This document shows, in pieces, positions 48,399 through 57,794 of a stretch of DNA of 64,000 nt (the first letter of the stretch is position 1; each line of letters begins with the position of its first letter). Origin of the DNA: Armatimonadota bacterium (GTDB lineage Bacteria > Armatimonadota > SYMT01); contig JBKBRF010000014.1 of assembly GCA_046292385.1 (NCBI GenBank), forward strand, positions 79,066-143,065, given 5' to 3'. The notes beneath the pieces are model-generated. The model was not told the origin of the DNA, searched no databases, and saw nothing but the letters and a program-made list of their open reading frames with translations. The position numbers and the translations under genes were made by a program.

Positions 48399-49310
48399 AT
48401 GATGAAGCGCAGCGCCATCTGGTGGACCGCCACGGCGGCCCTGGCGGTCGGCGTAATCAGCGCCGCCGCGGCCCGACCCGGGTACTTGCAGGCGTTCCAG
48501 GCCCACTACCAGACCGAAGGGAAGCCGCTCGCGGCCGGGCGGTGTGCCACGTGCCACGTGGGCATGCCGAACGAAAAGAAGTGGAACGTCTACGGCACCG
48601 CGTTGGGTCGGGCTCTCGGCGGCCCGAACGTGCAGGACCGGGAGAAGATCATTGCCGCCTTCCGGCAGATCGAGGATCAGCGCAACCCGGCGACCAATCG
48701 CACCTTCGGCGAGATGCTCCGCGACAACCAGCTTCCGGGCTCCAACCCGGGCGCCGGGGTCAGCGGTGACGTGGCCAACGCGCTGCAGCGTCCCGCGTGG
48801 AAGCCGCTCTTCAACGGTCGCGACATGAGCGGCTGGACGAAGATGAACGCCGGCGACTGGAAGGTGGAGAACGGCCTGCTGAAGTACACCGGCGGCGGCA
48901 ACGGCTGGCTCCGCTCCAACGACCAGTACAAGAACTACGGACTGGTGATGGTGTGGCGCTACACGAACGCCGGCAACAACGACGCGGGCTTTTTCCTCCG
49001 CGCCGGCACCGAGGGTAACCCGTGGCCGAACGGCGGCGTCCAGCTCAACATGGGCCCCGGCGACAACCTCGGCAGCATCGGCGGCCAGGCGGTCGCGCGC
49101 AGCCGCGCGGACCTGATCAAGCCGGCGGGCAGCGGCCAGTGGAACACCTACGCCATCACCGTGATGAACGGCCAGGCGACCCTGGCGATCAACGGGACCC
49201 CGGCGTGGGACGGTGCCGCGAACATCCCGGACAACCAGGGCTACATCGGCATCCAGAACGAGAACTTCCCGCTCGAGATCGCCCAGGTCTGGATCGCCCC
49301 GATCCCGTAG
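48399..49310 (+). CDS. Exported protein: N-terminal CxxCH (heme c) domain fused to DUF1080
   Basis: Signal peptide, CATCH..WNVYG; WKPLFNGRDMSGW, WKVENG, GQWN, GYIGIQ. Confidence 0.8.
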   Translation: MMKRSAIWWTATAALAVGVISAAAARPGYLQAFQAHYQTEGKPLAAGRCATCHVGMPNEKKWNVYGTALGRALGGPNVQDREKIIAAFRQIEDQRNPATNRTFGEMLRDNQLPGSNPGAGVSGDVANALQRPAWKPLFNGRDMSGWTKMNAGDWKVENGLLKYTGGGNGWLRSNDQYKNYGLVMVWRYTNAGNNDAGFFLRAGTEGNPWPNGGVQLNMGPGDNLGSIGGQAVARSRADLIKPAGSGQWNTYAITVMNGQATLAINGTPAWDGAANIPDNQGYIGIQNENFPLEIAQVWIAPIP

Positions 49311-49337
49311 CGGCGATTTTCGAATTGACCGCTCACC

Positions 49338-49371
49338 GCGCCCCGTCCTCCGCGACGGGGCGCTGCTTTTT
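49338..49371 (+). terminator. Intrinsic terminator
   Basis: gcgccccgtc/gacggggcgc 10-bp stem followed by tgcttttt. Confidence 0.75.
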
Positions 49372-49380
49372 GCGCGACAG

Positions 49381-49508
49381 GGGGACAGAGAGAAGGAGAG
49401 ATTGGGGGATGGAGAGAGGCCGAACCGGTTGACACGTGGAGCGATGCCAGTCATGCGGATACAGTTCTCTCTGTCGCTCCGTCCCACTGTCTCTCCTTCT
49501 CTCTATCT
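49381..49508. repeat. Paired inverted octamer-like arrays (GGACAGAG/CTCTGTC family)
   Basis: Purine array 49381-49419 and complementary pyrimidine array 49465-49508. Confidence 0.6.
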
Positions 49509-50228
49509 ATGAAACAGCGTATCCACCGCTTTCCGATCCTCGCCTCCACCAACTCGCTCGCCCTGGAGTGGATCCGGGCGGGGACGGTGGGGGCGGGGGA
49601 CGTGCTGGTGACGGCGGAGCAGACCGCAGGCCGGGGCCGGCCCGGGCGGACGTGGCATTCGCCCAGGGGGGCGCTGCTCTGCACGCTGGTGCTGCCGTTC
49701 TATCCGGAGCGGGCGGGCTGGACCGCCCTGGCGGCCGGCGTCGCCGCCGCCCAGGCCGCGCGGGACCTCGGCGCGACGGCGGGCGTCAAGTGGCCGAACG
49801 ACGTGGTGGTGGAGCGGCGGAAGCTGGCGGGGATCCTGGTGGAGACGCCCGGCCCGGCGCTCACCGCGGTCGGCATCGGCATGAACGTCTCCAATCCCGT
49901 GCCGCTCGACCTCCCCGGCGGGCGGGAGGCGGTGGCGCTGGCGGAATTCGCGCCGGACGCCACACCCGAGCAGGCGTTGGAAGCGCTGCTGGCCCGCATC
50001 GACGAGGCGTGGGCCCTGCTCGCCGCGCCGGATCTGAAGCCGCTCCGGACCGCCTGGGCGGGTCTGGACACGACCTCCGGCCGCCGCGTGCGTCGCCTCA
50101 CCGCCGGTCCTGCCGACCCCGACGAGGAGGGGGTTGCGCTGGGAGTGGCAGACGACGGCGCGCTGCAGATCCGGCTCGACAGCGGCCGGCTGCTCGCGGC
50201 CCACGCGGGCGAGATCGAGCTCATCTGA
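49509..50228 (+). CDS. birA: Biotin protein ligase (no HTH domain)
   Basis: STN, EQTAGRGR, KWPND, KLAGIL, GIGMN. Confidence 0.93.
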   Translation: MKQRIHRFPILASTNSLALEWIRAGTVGAGDVLVTAEQTAGRGRPGRTWHSPRGALLCTLVLPFYPERAGWTALAAGVAAAQAARDLGATAGVKWPNDVVVERRKLAGILVETPGPALTAVGIGMNVSNPVPLDLPGGREAVALAEFAPDATPEQALEALLARIDEAWALLAAPDLKPLRTAWAGLDTTSGRRVRRLTAGPADPDEEGVALGVADDGALQIRLDSGRLLAAHAGEIELI

Positions 50229-50229
50229 T

Positions 50230-50316
50230 GGTTAGCAGGTTGGCAGGTTGGCAGGTTGCAAGTTCCGAACTATCCGGGTCCGCCACCAACCTGTGAACCT
50301 GCAACCTGCCAACCTG
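50230..50316. repeat. Paired inverted CAGGTTG arrays, copy 1
   Basis: 50230-50264 and complementary 50288-50316. Confidence 0.85.
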
Positions 50317-50406
50317 AAACATGCGGCGGCCTGACCCTCTCCCGCGGATTGCGTTACGATTTGGCGGGCCGCCGGGGCCCTGCAGCAGCACGAAGACGAG
50401 TTACCG

Positions 50407-51657
50407 ATGGCAGCCAACTCCCAGACTTTTCCCGCCCTCCTCCTGATCGCCGACGGCCTTGGCGACCGCGCCGTGCCCGAGCTGGGCTACAAGACGCCCC
50501 TTGAGGCGGCGGAGACCCCCACGCTGGACCGCCTGGCGGCGGAAGGTGAGAGCGGGCTGATGGATCCGATCGGTCCCGGCATCCGCGGCGGCAGCGACAC
50601 CGGCCACCTGGCGATCCTCGGCTACGATCCCTACAAGTACTACCCGGGCCGCGGGCCCTTCGAGGCGCTCGGGATCGGCCTCGACGTGAAGCGCGGCGAC
50701 CTGGCGTTCCGCTGCAACTTCTCGACGGTCGATGAGAGCCTGGTCGTCACCGACCGGCGCGCCGGCCGCATCAATGAAGGCACCACGGAGCTGGCGGCGG
50801 CCCTGAACGGCCTGCAGATCGAGGACGTCACCTGCTACTTCAAGGAGTCGATCGCCCACCGCGCCGCGCTCGTGCTGCACGGCCCCGGCCTGGGCGAGCA
50901 CGTCTCGGACGTCGACCCGCACGAGACCGGCGCGCAGGTGTGGGAAGCCCGCTCCACCCGCGAGGGGGATGCGGAGAGCGAGAAGAGCGCTCGCATCCTG
51001 AATGCCTTCGTGCGCAAGAGCTACGAGATCCTGAAGGACCACCCCGTGAACGTAGCCCGGCGCGAGCAGGGTCTGCCCCCGGCGAACATCGCGCTGCCGC
51101 GCGGCATCGGGAAGTCGCCGGACCTCCCTCCGTTCAACGAAAAGGCGGGCGTCTCCAGCGCCTGTATCGTGGAAGTCGGCCTGGTAAAGGGCCTCGGCCG
51201 CTACCTGGGGATGGACGTGATCGACGTCGAAGGCTCGACCGCCTCGCTCGACACCGACACGACGGCCATCGGCGAAGCGGTCGTCCAGGCGTTCCGCCGG
51301 CACAACTTCGTCCTCTGCAATGTGAAGGGTCCCGACGTGGCGGGACACGACTGCAACCCGGACGGGAAGGTCGCGATCATCGAGAAGATCGACCAGATGG
51401 TCGAGCAGATCGTGCGTGCCATGAACGGCAAGGTGATCATCATGGTGACGGGCGACCACAGCACGCCGGTCACCTTCGGCGACCACACCGGCGAGCCGTG
51501 CCCGGTGCTCTTCTGGGGGCCGACGGTCCGCCGCGACCGCGTGACCGAGTTCGGCGAGACCGCCTCCAGCCAGGGGGGAGTCGGGCGGATCCGCGGGCTC
51601 GACGTGGTGAACATCCTGACCAGCTACATGGGCGTGCAGGAGAAGTTCGGCGCCTGA
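50407..51657 (+). CDS. apgM: Archaeal-type BPG-independent phosphoglycerate mutase
   Basis: DGLGD, KTPLEAA.TP, GSDTGHL, GRGPFEA, D.AGHD, TGDHSTP. Confidence 0.9.
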   Translation: MAANSQTFPALLLIADGLGDRAVPELGYKTPLEAAETPTLDRLAAEGESGLMDPIGPGIRGGSDTGHLAILGYDPYKYYPGRGPFEALGIGLDVKRGDLAFRCNFSTVDESLVVTDRRAGRINEGTTELAAALNGLQIEDVTCYFKESIAHRAALVLHGPGLGEHVSDVDPHETGAQVWEARSTREGDAESEKSARILNAFVRKSYEILKDHPVNVARREQGLPPANIALPRGIGKSPDLPPFNEKAGVSSACIVEVGLVKGLGRYLGMDVIDVEGSTASLDTDTTAIGEAVVQAFRRHNFVLCNVKGPDVAGHDCNPDGKVAIIEKIDQMVEQIVRAMNGKVIIMVTGDHSTPVTFGDHTGEPCPVLFWGPTVRRDRVTEFGETASSQGGVGRIRGLDVVNILTSYMGVQEKFGA

Positions 51658-51673
51658 TCTCTCGACCGCACCG

Positions 51674-52264
51674 GTGAAGCCGAAGCCGTTCAACTACACC
51701 GAAGCGGTCGCCGGCGTGACGCGGGATCTCGTCGCCACCCTCGACGAGTTCCGCCACGTCGATCTCGACCGCGTGCTGATCGCAGCCAACCAGGCGCGAC
51801 AGGCGAGCAAGCACGGCGTCTACGCCAGCCTCGTGCCGCTGCGGTTTGCGGGCGGATCACCGGAGACGGTGGTCCGCGGCCGCCGCTACCGGATGCCGCC
51901 GTTCCAGCACGAGCAGCGGGAGATTCTCTACCTGCTCTACGTGATGCTGCCCCGGTTTCACGAGGAGCAGGACTACCACGGCCGGCTCGCCACGCTGATC
52001 CACGAGCTGTACCACATCAGCCCGCGCTTCGACGGCGACATCCGGCGCTTCCCCGGCAAGAACTTCGCGCACGGCCACTCTCGCGAGGTCTACCACGCCG
52101 CGATGTGCCGCCTGGCGGACCGCTACCTCGCCACCAGCCCCCGCGCCCATTCCCACGAGTTCCTGCGCGTGCCGTTCAAAGAGCTGCTGGCGCACCCCGG
52201 GGGAGTCGTCGCGCGGACCGTCACCAAGCCTCGCGCCGTGCTGATCCAGGAGAAGCCACGATGA
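51674..52264 (+). CDS. Putative HExxH metallopeptidase
   Basis: TLIHELYHISP.F.GD.RR. Confidence 0.7.
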   Translation: MKPKPFNYTEAVAGVTRDLVATLDEFRHVDLDRVLIAANQARQASKHGVYASLVPLRFAGGSPETVVRGRRYRMPPFQHEQREILYLLYVMLPRFHEEQDYHGRLATLIHELYHISPRFDGDIRRFPGKNFAHGHSREVYHAAMCRLADRYLATSPRAHSHEFLRVPFKELLAHPGGVVARTVTKPRAVLIQEKPR

Positions 52265-52767
52265 TCGATCCCGAGCAGTGCCGACTGATGAGCCGTTACA
52301 ACCGGTGGATGAACGAGCGGTTCTACGACCTCTGCGCCGCGCTCTCCGAGGAGGACCGCAAGGCAGACCGCGGGGCGCCCTTCCGCTCCATCCACGGTAC
52401 CCTCAACCACCTGCTCCTGGCGGACCGGGTCTGGCTCGGCCGGTTTCTCGACGATCCGTTCCGGGTGGAGTCGCTCTCCCAGGAGCTGTACGCCGACTTC
52501 GACGAGCTCCGCGCCGCCCGGAAAGAGACCGACGACCGGATCGACGCCTGGGTAGCAGGCCTCACGCCGGAGCGCCTAGCCGGGCCGCTCCGCTACGTCG
52601 GCATCGTGGTGCCGGAGCCGCGCACCCTCCCGCTCTGGTTCGCGGCCAGCCACTTCTTCAACCACCAGACGCATCACCGGGGGCAGCTCAGCACGCTGCT
52701 CGAGCAGGCCGGCTGCGACATCGGCGTCACCGACCTCCTCGTCGTTCCCGGCGCTCCGACGCTGTAG
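52261..52767 (+). CDS. DinB/YfiT-fold protein
   Basis: YNRWMN, SIHGTLNHL, HFFNHQTHHRGQ; ATGA overlap with the upstream gene. Confidence 0.9.
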   Translation: MIDPEQCRLMSRYNRWMNERFYDLCAALSEEDRKADRGAPFRSIHGTLNHLLLADRVWLGRFLDDPFRVESLSQELYADFDELRAARKETDDRIDAWVAGLTPERLAGPLRYVGIVVPEPRTLPLWFAASHFFNHQTHHRGQLSTLLEQAGCDIGVTDLLVVPGAPTL

Positions 52768-52809
52768 TCGGAGCCGGCACGATCGACACGCTCGGAGTCT
52801 CCCGGCTTC

Positions 52810-52901
52810 GGTTAACAGGTTGCAGGTTTACAGGTTGCAGGTTCGGAACCCCTCTCGCCGGAGAGCCGAACCTGTAACCTGCCAACTTGCAAACCTGCAA
52901 C
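52810..52901. repeat. Paired inverted CAGGTTG arrays, copy 2
   Basis: 52810-52843 and complementary 52869-52901. Confidence 0.85.
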
Positions 52902-52997
52902 AGACGGCGCTGCGCCCGCCCATCCTGCCGCAGCACGCAGCTCGAGCTCTCCGCACGATCAGGCCGAGTGGTGCGGATGGACCCTCGCCCGCGCGCG

Positions 52998-53006
52998 TGG
53001 TAGAAT
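52998..53006 (+). promoter_or_regulatory. Extended -10-like element upstream of coaX
   Basis: TGGTAGAAT, 21 nt before the ATG. Confidence 0.45.
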
Positions 53007-53027
53007 GTGGCGCTTGGGACACCGGTT

Positions 53028-53810
53028 ATGCTGCTCGCAATCGACGTTGGGAATACCAACCTCCACTTCGGCGTCTACCACGGCGACCGGCTGCTCGATA
53101 CCTGGCGCGTCAAGACCGACCGCGAGCGGACGGGCGACGAGCTGGCCGCGCTCCTGCTCCCGCTGCTGGCGCACGCCGGGATCGCGTTCGACGCGATCGG
53201 CGCGTGTGCCGTCTCGAACGTCGTGCCGCCGCTGGCGCCGTCGATCCGGCACTTCGCGCGGCGCTACCTGAAGCCGGAGGCGGAGTTCGTGGGGGAGACG
53301 CTCCGGCCGAAGGTGCCGATCCGCTACACGCCGGCCGCGGCGGTCGGCGCGGACCGGCTGGTCGACGCAGTGGCGGTGCTCCGCCACTACGGTGCGCCGG
53401 CCGTGGTGGTCGACTTCGGCACCGCCACCACTTTCGACGCGATCTCCGCGGAGGGGGAGTACCTCGGCGGGGCGATCGCGCCGGGCGTGGGGATCTCGAT
53501 GGACGCGCTTTTCCGCGCGGCCGCCCACCTGCCGCGGATCGAGCTGGTGCGCCCGCGGAGCGTGGTCGGCGGCAACACCCTGGAGAGCATGCAGTCCGGC
53601 GCCTACTTCGGCTTCGTCGGCCAGGTGGAGGGGATGGTCCGCCGCATGAAGCAGGAGCTGGGGCCGGAGACGCGGATCATCGCCACCGGCGGCCTCGCGG
53701 AGCTGATCAGTCCCGATACCGACTGCATCGACCACGTCGACCCGAATCTCACGCTCGAGGGGCTGCGTCTCACGTGGGAAGAAGCACATCTCTCCAGGGA
53801 TGAAGGATGA
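53028..53810 (+). CDS. coaX: Type III pantothenate kinase
   Basis: LAIDVGNT, VGADR, VDFGTATT, GGAIAPG, ATGG, LTLEGL. Confidence 0.95.
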   Translation: MLLAIDVGNTNLHFGVYHGDRLLDTWRVKTDRERTGDELAALLLPLLAHAGIAFDAIGACAVSNVVPPLAPSIRHFARRYLKPEAEFVGETLRPKVPIRYTPAAAVGADRLVDAVAVLRHYGAPAVVVDFGTATTFDAISAEGEYLGGAIAPGVGISMDALFRAAAHLPRIELVRPRSVVGGNTLESMQSGAYFGFVGQVEGMVRRMKQELGPETRIIATGGLAELISPDTDCIDHVDPNLTLEGLRLTWEEAHLSRDEG

Positions 53811-53825
53811 GGGATGAGGGATGAA
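53797..53825 (+). repeat. GGATGA(A/G) heptamer array overlapping the coaX stop
   Basis: gggatgaaggatgagggatgagggatgaa. Confidence 0.7.
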
Positions 53826-53913
53826 TTCCGAACCCCCGGCTGCGGTTAGTTCCTGCCTCACCCGTGGGGCTATGCAGCCCCGGCCTTCCACCGATTGATT
53901 GAATACTAAACGA

Positions 53914-54951
53914 ATGCTAACTGATCCAAAGCCATTACAGATTGGGTCGGTGGCGGCGTGGCCGCCGCTGGTGCTGGCGCCGATGGCGGGGGAGACCGGC
54001 AGCGTGCTGCGGGTGCTCTCCAAGCGGCTGGGGGCGGGGCTGGTCTGCACGGAGCTGACCTCCAGCCACGGGCTGCACTACCGCAGCCGGCGCAGCTTCG
54101 ACTTCCTGCGCTGGACGCACGAGGAGCACCCGATCTCCGCCCAGATCTTCGGGGCGGAGCCGGCGCTGATGGAAGAGGCGGCGGCGATCTGCAGCGAGGC
54201 GGGCGCGGACCTGATCGACATCAACATGGGCTGCTGGGTGCCGAAGGTCGCCAAGACCGGCGCCGGCGCGGCGCTGCTGAAGGACCTCAAGCTCGCCGCG
54301 GAGGTGATGGCGGCGGTGGTGCGCGGCAGCTCGGTACCGGTGACGATCAAGACGCGGGTCGGCTGGGACGGCTGCATCGGCAGCGCGGTCGAGATGGCGA
54401 AGGCGGCGGAGAGCGTCGGGGTGCAGGCGATCGCCATCCACGGCCGCACCGCGCGGCAGGGTTTCACCGGCAATGCCGACTGGGGGCCGATCGCGGAGGC
54501 GAAGCGCGCCGTCTCGATCCCGGTGATCGGGAACGGCGACGTCCGCACGCCGGAAGACGCCGAGCGGATGTTCCGCGAGACCGGCTGCGACGCGGTGATG
54601 ATCGGCCGCGCGGCACTGGGGAACCCGTGGATCTTCCGGGAGGTGCGCGGCTATCTCCTGGACGGGAAGCACGTCCCGCCTCCAACCATCGAGGAGCGGC
54701 TGGAGATCGCGGCGGAGCACGCGCGGCTGCTGGCGCTGCAGGAGCGCGGCAGCGACAGCCCGGCGACCCCGCTGCCGGGGCTGGCGCGGGGGCAGCTCAT
54801 CCATTATGTCCACGGCGTCCACGGCGGAGCGGAGGCACGGCGCAAGATGGCGCAGATCCAGACACTGGCGGACGTCTACGCGGTTCTGGACGAAGTCCGG
54901 GAAATGAACCGTCACCGGCTGCCGCGCGGCATGGAGCCGTGCGCCGCCTAG
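53914..54951 (+). CDS. dusB: tRNA-dihydrouridine synthase DusB
   Basis: LAPMAG, DINMGC, IHGRT, IGNGD, MIGRAALGNPW. Confidence 0.9.
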   Translation: MLTDPKPLQIGSVAAWPPLVLAPMAGETGSVLRVLSKRLGAGLVCTELTSSHGLHYRSRRSFDFLRWTHEEHPISAQIFGAEPALMEEAAAICSEAGADLIDINMGCWVPKVAKTGAGAALLKDLKLAAEVMAAVVRGSSVPVTIKTRVGWDGCIGSAVEMAKAAESVGVQAIAIHGRTARQGFTGNADWGPIAEAKRAVSIPVIGNGDVRTPEDAERMFRETGCDAVMIGRAALGNPWIFREVRGYLLDGKHVPPPTIEERLEIAAEHARLLALQERGSDSPATPLPGLARGQLIHYVHGVHGGAEARRKMAQIQTLADVYAVLDEVREMNRHRLPRGMEPCAA

Positions 54952-54967
54952 CCCGAGTGGAGGCGCC

Positions 54968-55360
54968 ATGGCAGAGCGGCTGACGAGGCAGCGCCGACTC
55001 GATATAGTAGGGGAGCTTTGTCCCAGGTTCGGCGCCCGACGGGCCTGCGACTCCTACGAACTGGCGCGCGACGCGGCGCTGGAGATCCTCGGACCGGCAG
55101 AGCGCGCGCCGGTCGACGCCGGGTACGTGCTGCTGCGCGCGATCGACCGGTATATCGCCGGGTCGATCGACGAAGAGGATCTCTATCGCTGTCGGGTGCT
55201 CGCCTACTATATGATCTTTGCTTCCGGGGGTGAGGAATGGGCTCGCTGGGGCCTGGCGGCGAGTGTCAGGCCGGGGGAGTTCGCCGCTCCGGAAGAGCCG
55301 GATCTCGAGGATCTGCCGCCCGCGCCGCCCGGCGGTCCGCCCTGGCGCGACGGGAGCTGA
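54968..55360 (+). CDS. Hypothetical protein (130 aa)
   Basis: GGAGG RBS; fills the gap in a co-directional run. Confidence 0.6.
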   Translation: MAERLTRQRRLDIVGELCPRFGARRACDSYELARDAALEILGPAERAPVDAGYVLLRAIDRYIAGSIDEEDLYRCRVLAYYMIFASGGEEWARWGLAASVRPGEFAAPEEPDLEDLPPAPPGGPPWRDGS

Positions 55361-55400
55361 TCCCGGCCCTACCCCAGCCCCTTCCAAGGAGAACCAGTCA

Positions 55401-56057
55401 ATGTCTCGTATCCGCCGGCTTGGATTGTTCTGCGCGACCCTCGCCCTCTCCGCGATAATGGCCGGTCCGGCCCTGGCCCAGAAGGAGAAGGTGACGGTCG
55501 ACCCCGCCCGCCCCTGCTTCGTCGACCTGACCAAGGCACTGGGCGAGTACCGGAAGAGCTCCGCTTTCACCAAGTACGAGCAGAAGCTGCGGGCCCAGCA
55601 CCGGATCTTCTCCGAGGAGATGCAGCTCCTCGCCGGCGTCCGCTACTGCACCGAGGACGAGAAGAAGGAAGCCCTGACGATCCTCGCCAAGCCGCAGAAG
55701 ACCGCCGCGGAGAACCAGCGCCTGGAGGCCCTGAAGAAGAAGTCGGACCAGCTCGACAACGAGCTCGCCGCGCTCGCTCAGAAGCAGAACCCGACGGACG
55801 CGGACACCAAGCGCATTTCGGAGCTGAACGCGAAGCGCACCGACGCCGTCCGCGACCTGGCCAAGGAAGACGCCGACCGCCGCGACCGCCTCCGGAAGAT
55901 GGAGTCCGACCTGCTGACCGACGTGGAGCAGGACCTGCTCAAGGTGGTGGAAAAGGTCGCCAAGGAATACAAGGTCCCGGCGATCTACAACCTCAAGTCG
56001 GTCCTCTACGGCGGCCAGGACCTCACCGACGAGGTAATCAAGCGCCTCCCGAAGTAG
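55401..56057 (+). CDS. OmpH/Skp family chaperone-like protein
   Basis: AAGGAG RBS, signal peptide, FVD strand, long coiled coil, VLYGGQDLTDEVIKRL. Confidence 0.8.
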   Translation: MSRIRRLGLFCATLALSAIMAGPALAQKEKVTVDPARPCFVDLTKALGEYRKSSAFTKYEQKLRAQHRIFSEEMQLLAGVRYCTEDEKKEALTILAKPQKTAAENQRLEALKKKSDQLDNELAALAQKQNPTDADTKRISELNAKRTDAVRDLAKEDADRRDRLRKMESDLLTDVEQDLLKVVEKVAKEYKVPAIYNLKSVLYGGQDLTDEVIKRLPK

Positions 56058-56060
56058 TCC

Positions 56061-56554
56061 CCGAACCTTCAGTCAACCACAGAGGGCACAGAGAACACAG
56101 AGGGGAACCGGAACGGGAATTCACCGCGGAGAGCGCAAAGGACGCGGAGAGGAACCCGAACCTGATTCACCGCCAAGACGCCAAGAACGCAAAGAGGAAC
56201 CAGAAGAGACAAACCCCGGGGCCGCTGTCCGGGACTCGAGACGCGCAGCAGAGCCATTCCTCTTGGCGAGCTTGGCGTTCTTGGCGGTAAACGCTGGTTC
56301 CCTCAGCGCTCTCCGCGACCTCTGCGGTGAATCCGGTTCGGACCGGGGCCGCAGTACGGTGTTCGTGAAGCAGATCAGGCCCATCCCGCTCATCCTCTGG
56401 TTCCCCTCTGCGTCTCCTCAGCGCTCTCCGCGACCTCTGCGGTGAATCCGGTTCGCATCCGGGCCGCAGTACGGCTGACGTGAAGCGAATCAGGCCCGAC
56501 CCTCTGGTTCCCCCCTCTGTGCCCTCTGTGCGCTCTGTGGTGAATCAGGTTCGG
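56061..56554. repeat. Nested inverted 9-mer-array elements (A-B-C...C'-B'-B'-A')
   Basis: CACAGAG, CGCGGAG and CGCCAAG subfamily arms in mirrored order; 40-nt exact direct repeat at 56301-56340 and 56416-56455. Confidence 0.85.
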
Positions 56555-56558
56555 AATG

Positions 56559-57794
56559 CTACCGCAGCAGCTCGCGGGCGGCTGCTTCCAGGCGGGGCCA
56601 GGTTTCTTTGCCGACGGACATGCTGCGCTCGTACTTGTAGCGGTCCTTGCCGTAGTCGTCCGGATCGAGGATGTAGCCGAGCTCGTCGTTCGCCATGGAG
56701 ACGACCATCGGGTAGCGGCCGGGCATGCGCTTCTTCAGGGCGAGGGCGGGGCGGGGGAGGATCTCGCCGGGGATCGTAATCCAGGTGACCGGGCCGAGGT
56801 CGACTCGCCAGACTTCGGTCTCCAGCGCGCCGTCCCGCAGCTCTCCTTCCAGGATCTTCGCCCCGAGCATCAGCTTGAAGCCGCTGTTCTCCAGCGGGAC
56901 CGAGACGCTGCGGCGCCGGAGCTCGATCGCTTCGATCTCGATCGGCTTCGCCTCCGCGATCGCGCGCAGGGCGGCGGCGCCGACCCCGCGGCCGACCCGC
57001 TCCATCTCCGGCAGCGTGTGCTCCTTGATCTTGGGGGTCACCATTCCGCCGAGCGCGCCGTTCAGGTAGAGCGCCACGCCCCCGTGCTCCGCTTCCACCG
57101 CCTCGCGGACGTAATGGACGTAGTCGGAGGTGAGCGCCTTGCTCTTGTTCACTTCCGGATGTCCGCCGTAGTGGACCACGGTAGCCACGGTCCGGCCGTC
57201 CGCGTTCTTGAGCTGGAGCGCGGTCAGCTCCTTGTCCTGGACCGACTCCCGGCTGTTGTAGACCAGCCCGTCCGGGACCCTGACCACCCCGGCGGTGACG
57301 GTGACCGGCTGCAGCGACCGCGCGGCGGTATCGACGGCGGCGACGATCCGGTCGGTCAGTCGCTCCATGTAGAGCGGGTCCATGCCGGAGGTGAATGCGT
57401 CTTTCCCCCAGAGCCCCATGGTGTCCGGACCGGAGTGGACGTGCGTGGTAGTGATCAGCACGTTCTCCGGCGGCACGGAGCGGATCTGGCCGCGGATCTG
57501 CCGCACGCGCAGGTTGGAGAGGCCGACCAGGTCGCACACCACCGTCGCGAAGCGCGTCTTTCCGTCATCCAGTACCACCGCGCGCGCCCAGAGGTCGTCG
57601 TGGACCGACTCGGCGAGGCGGTTGTTCTCGTAGCCGGCGATGTAGACCGGGCGCGAGAGCGCGGGCGTGATCTTTACGGCGGCGGCGCCCGCCCGGAGCG
57701 GTCCGCTCTTCCCGGCAGCGGCCGGGGCGGCGGCGCTCCCGGCCAGGGCCAGGCCCGCGAGGGCGAGGGCGAGCCCCCACAGTCGTCCTCTCAC
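56559..57794 (-). CDS. Neutral/alkaline ceramidase-like exported hydrolase
   Basis: AGAA.VKITP, VHDDLWARA, THVHSGPD, GGHP, IPGE; AGGAGG RBS and GTGA overlap with the upstream stop. Confidence 0.75.
   Translation of the reverse strand: MRGRLWGLALALAGLALAGSAAAPAAAGKSGPLRAGAAAVKITPALSRPVYIAGYENNRLAESVHDDLWARAVVLDDGKTRFATVVCDLVGLSNLRVRQIRGQIRSVPPENVLITTTHVHSGPDTMGLWGKDAFTSGMDPLYMERLTDRIVAAVDTAARSLQPVTVTAGVVRVPDGLVYNSRESVQDKELTALQLKNADGRTVATVVHYGGHPEVNKSKALTSDYVHYVREAVEAEHGGVALYLNGALGGMVTPKIKEHTLPEMERVGRGVGAAALRAIAEAKPIEIEAIELRRRSVSVPLENSGFKLMLGAKILEGELRDGALETEVWRVDLGPVTWITIPGEILPRPALALKKRMPGRYPMVVSMANDELGYILDPDDYGKDRYKYERSMSVGKETWPRLEAAARELLR

Noticed and set aside
51674..52767. Prophage remnant or DNA polymerase IV
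   Set aside because: No phage genes nearby; the DinB here is the small helical DinB/YfiT fold, not a Y-family polymerase
56061..56554. CRISPR array (40-nt exact direct repeat)
   Set aside because: Only two copies, the sequences following them are also similar, and they are part of a larger inverted structure
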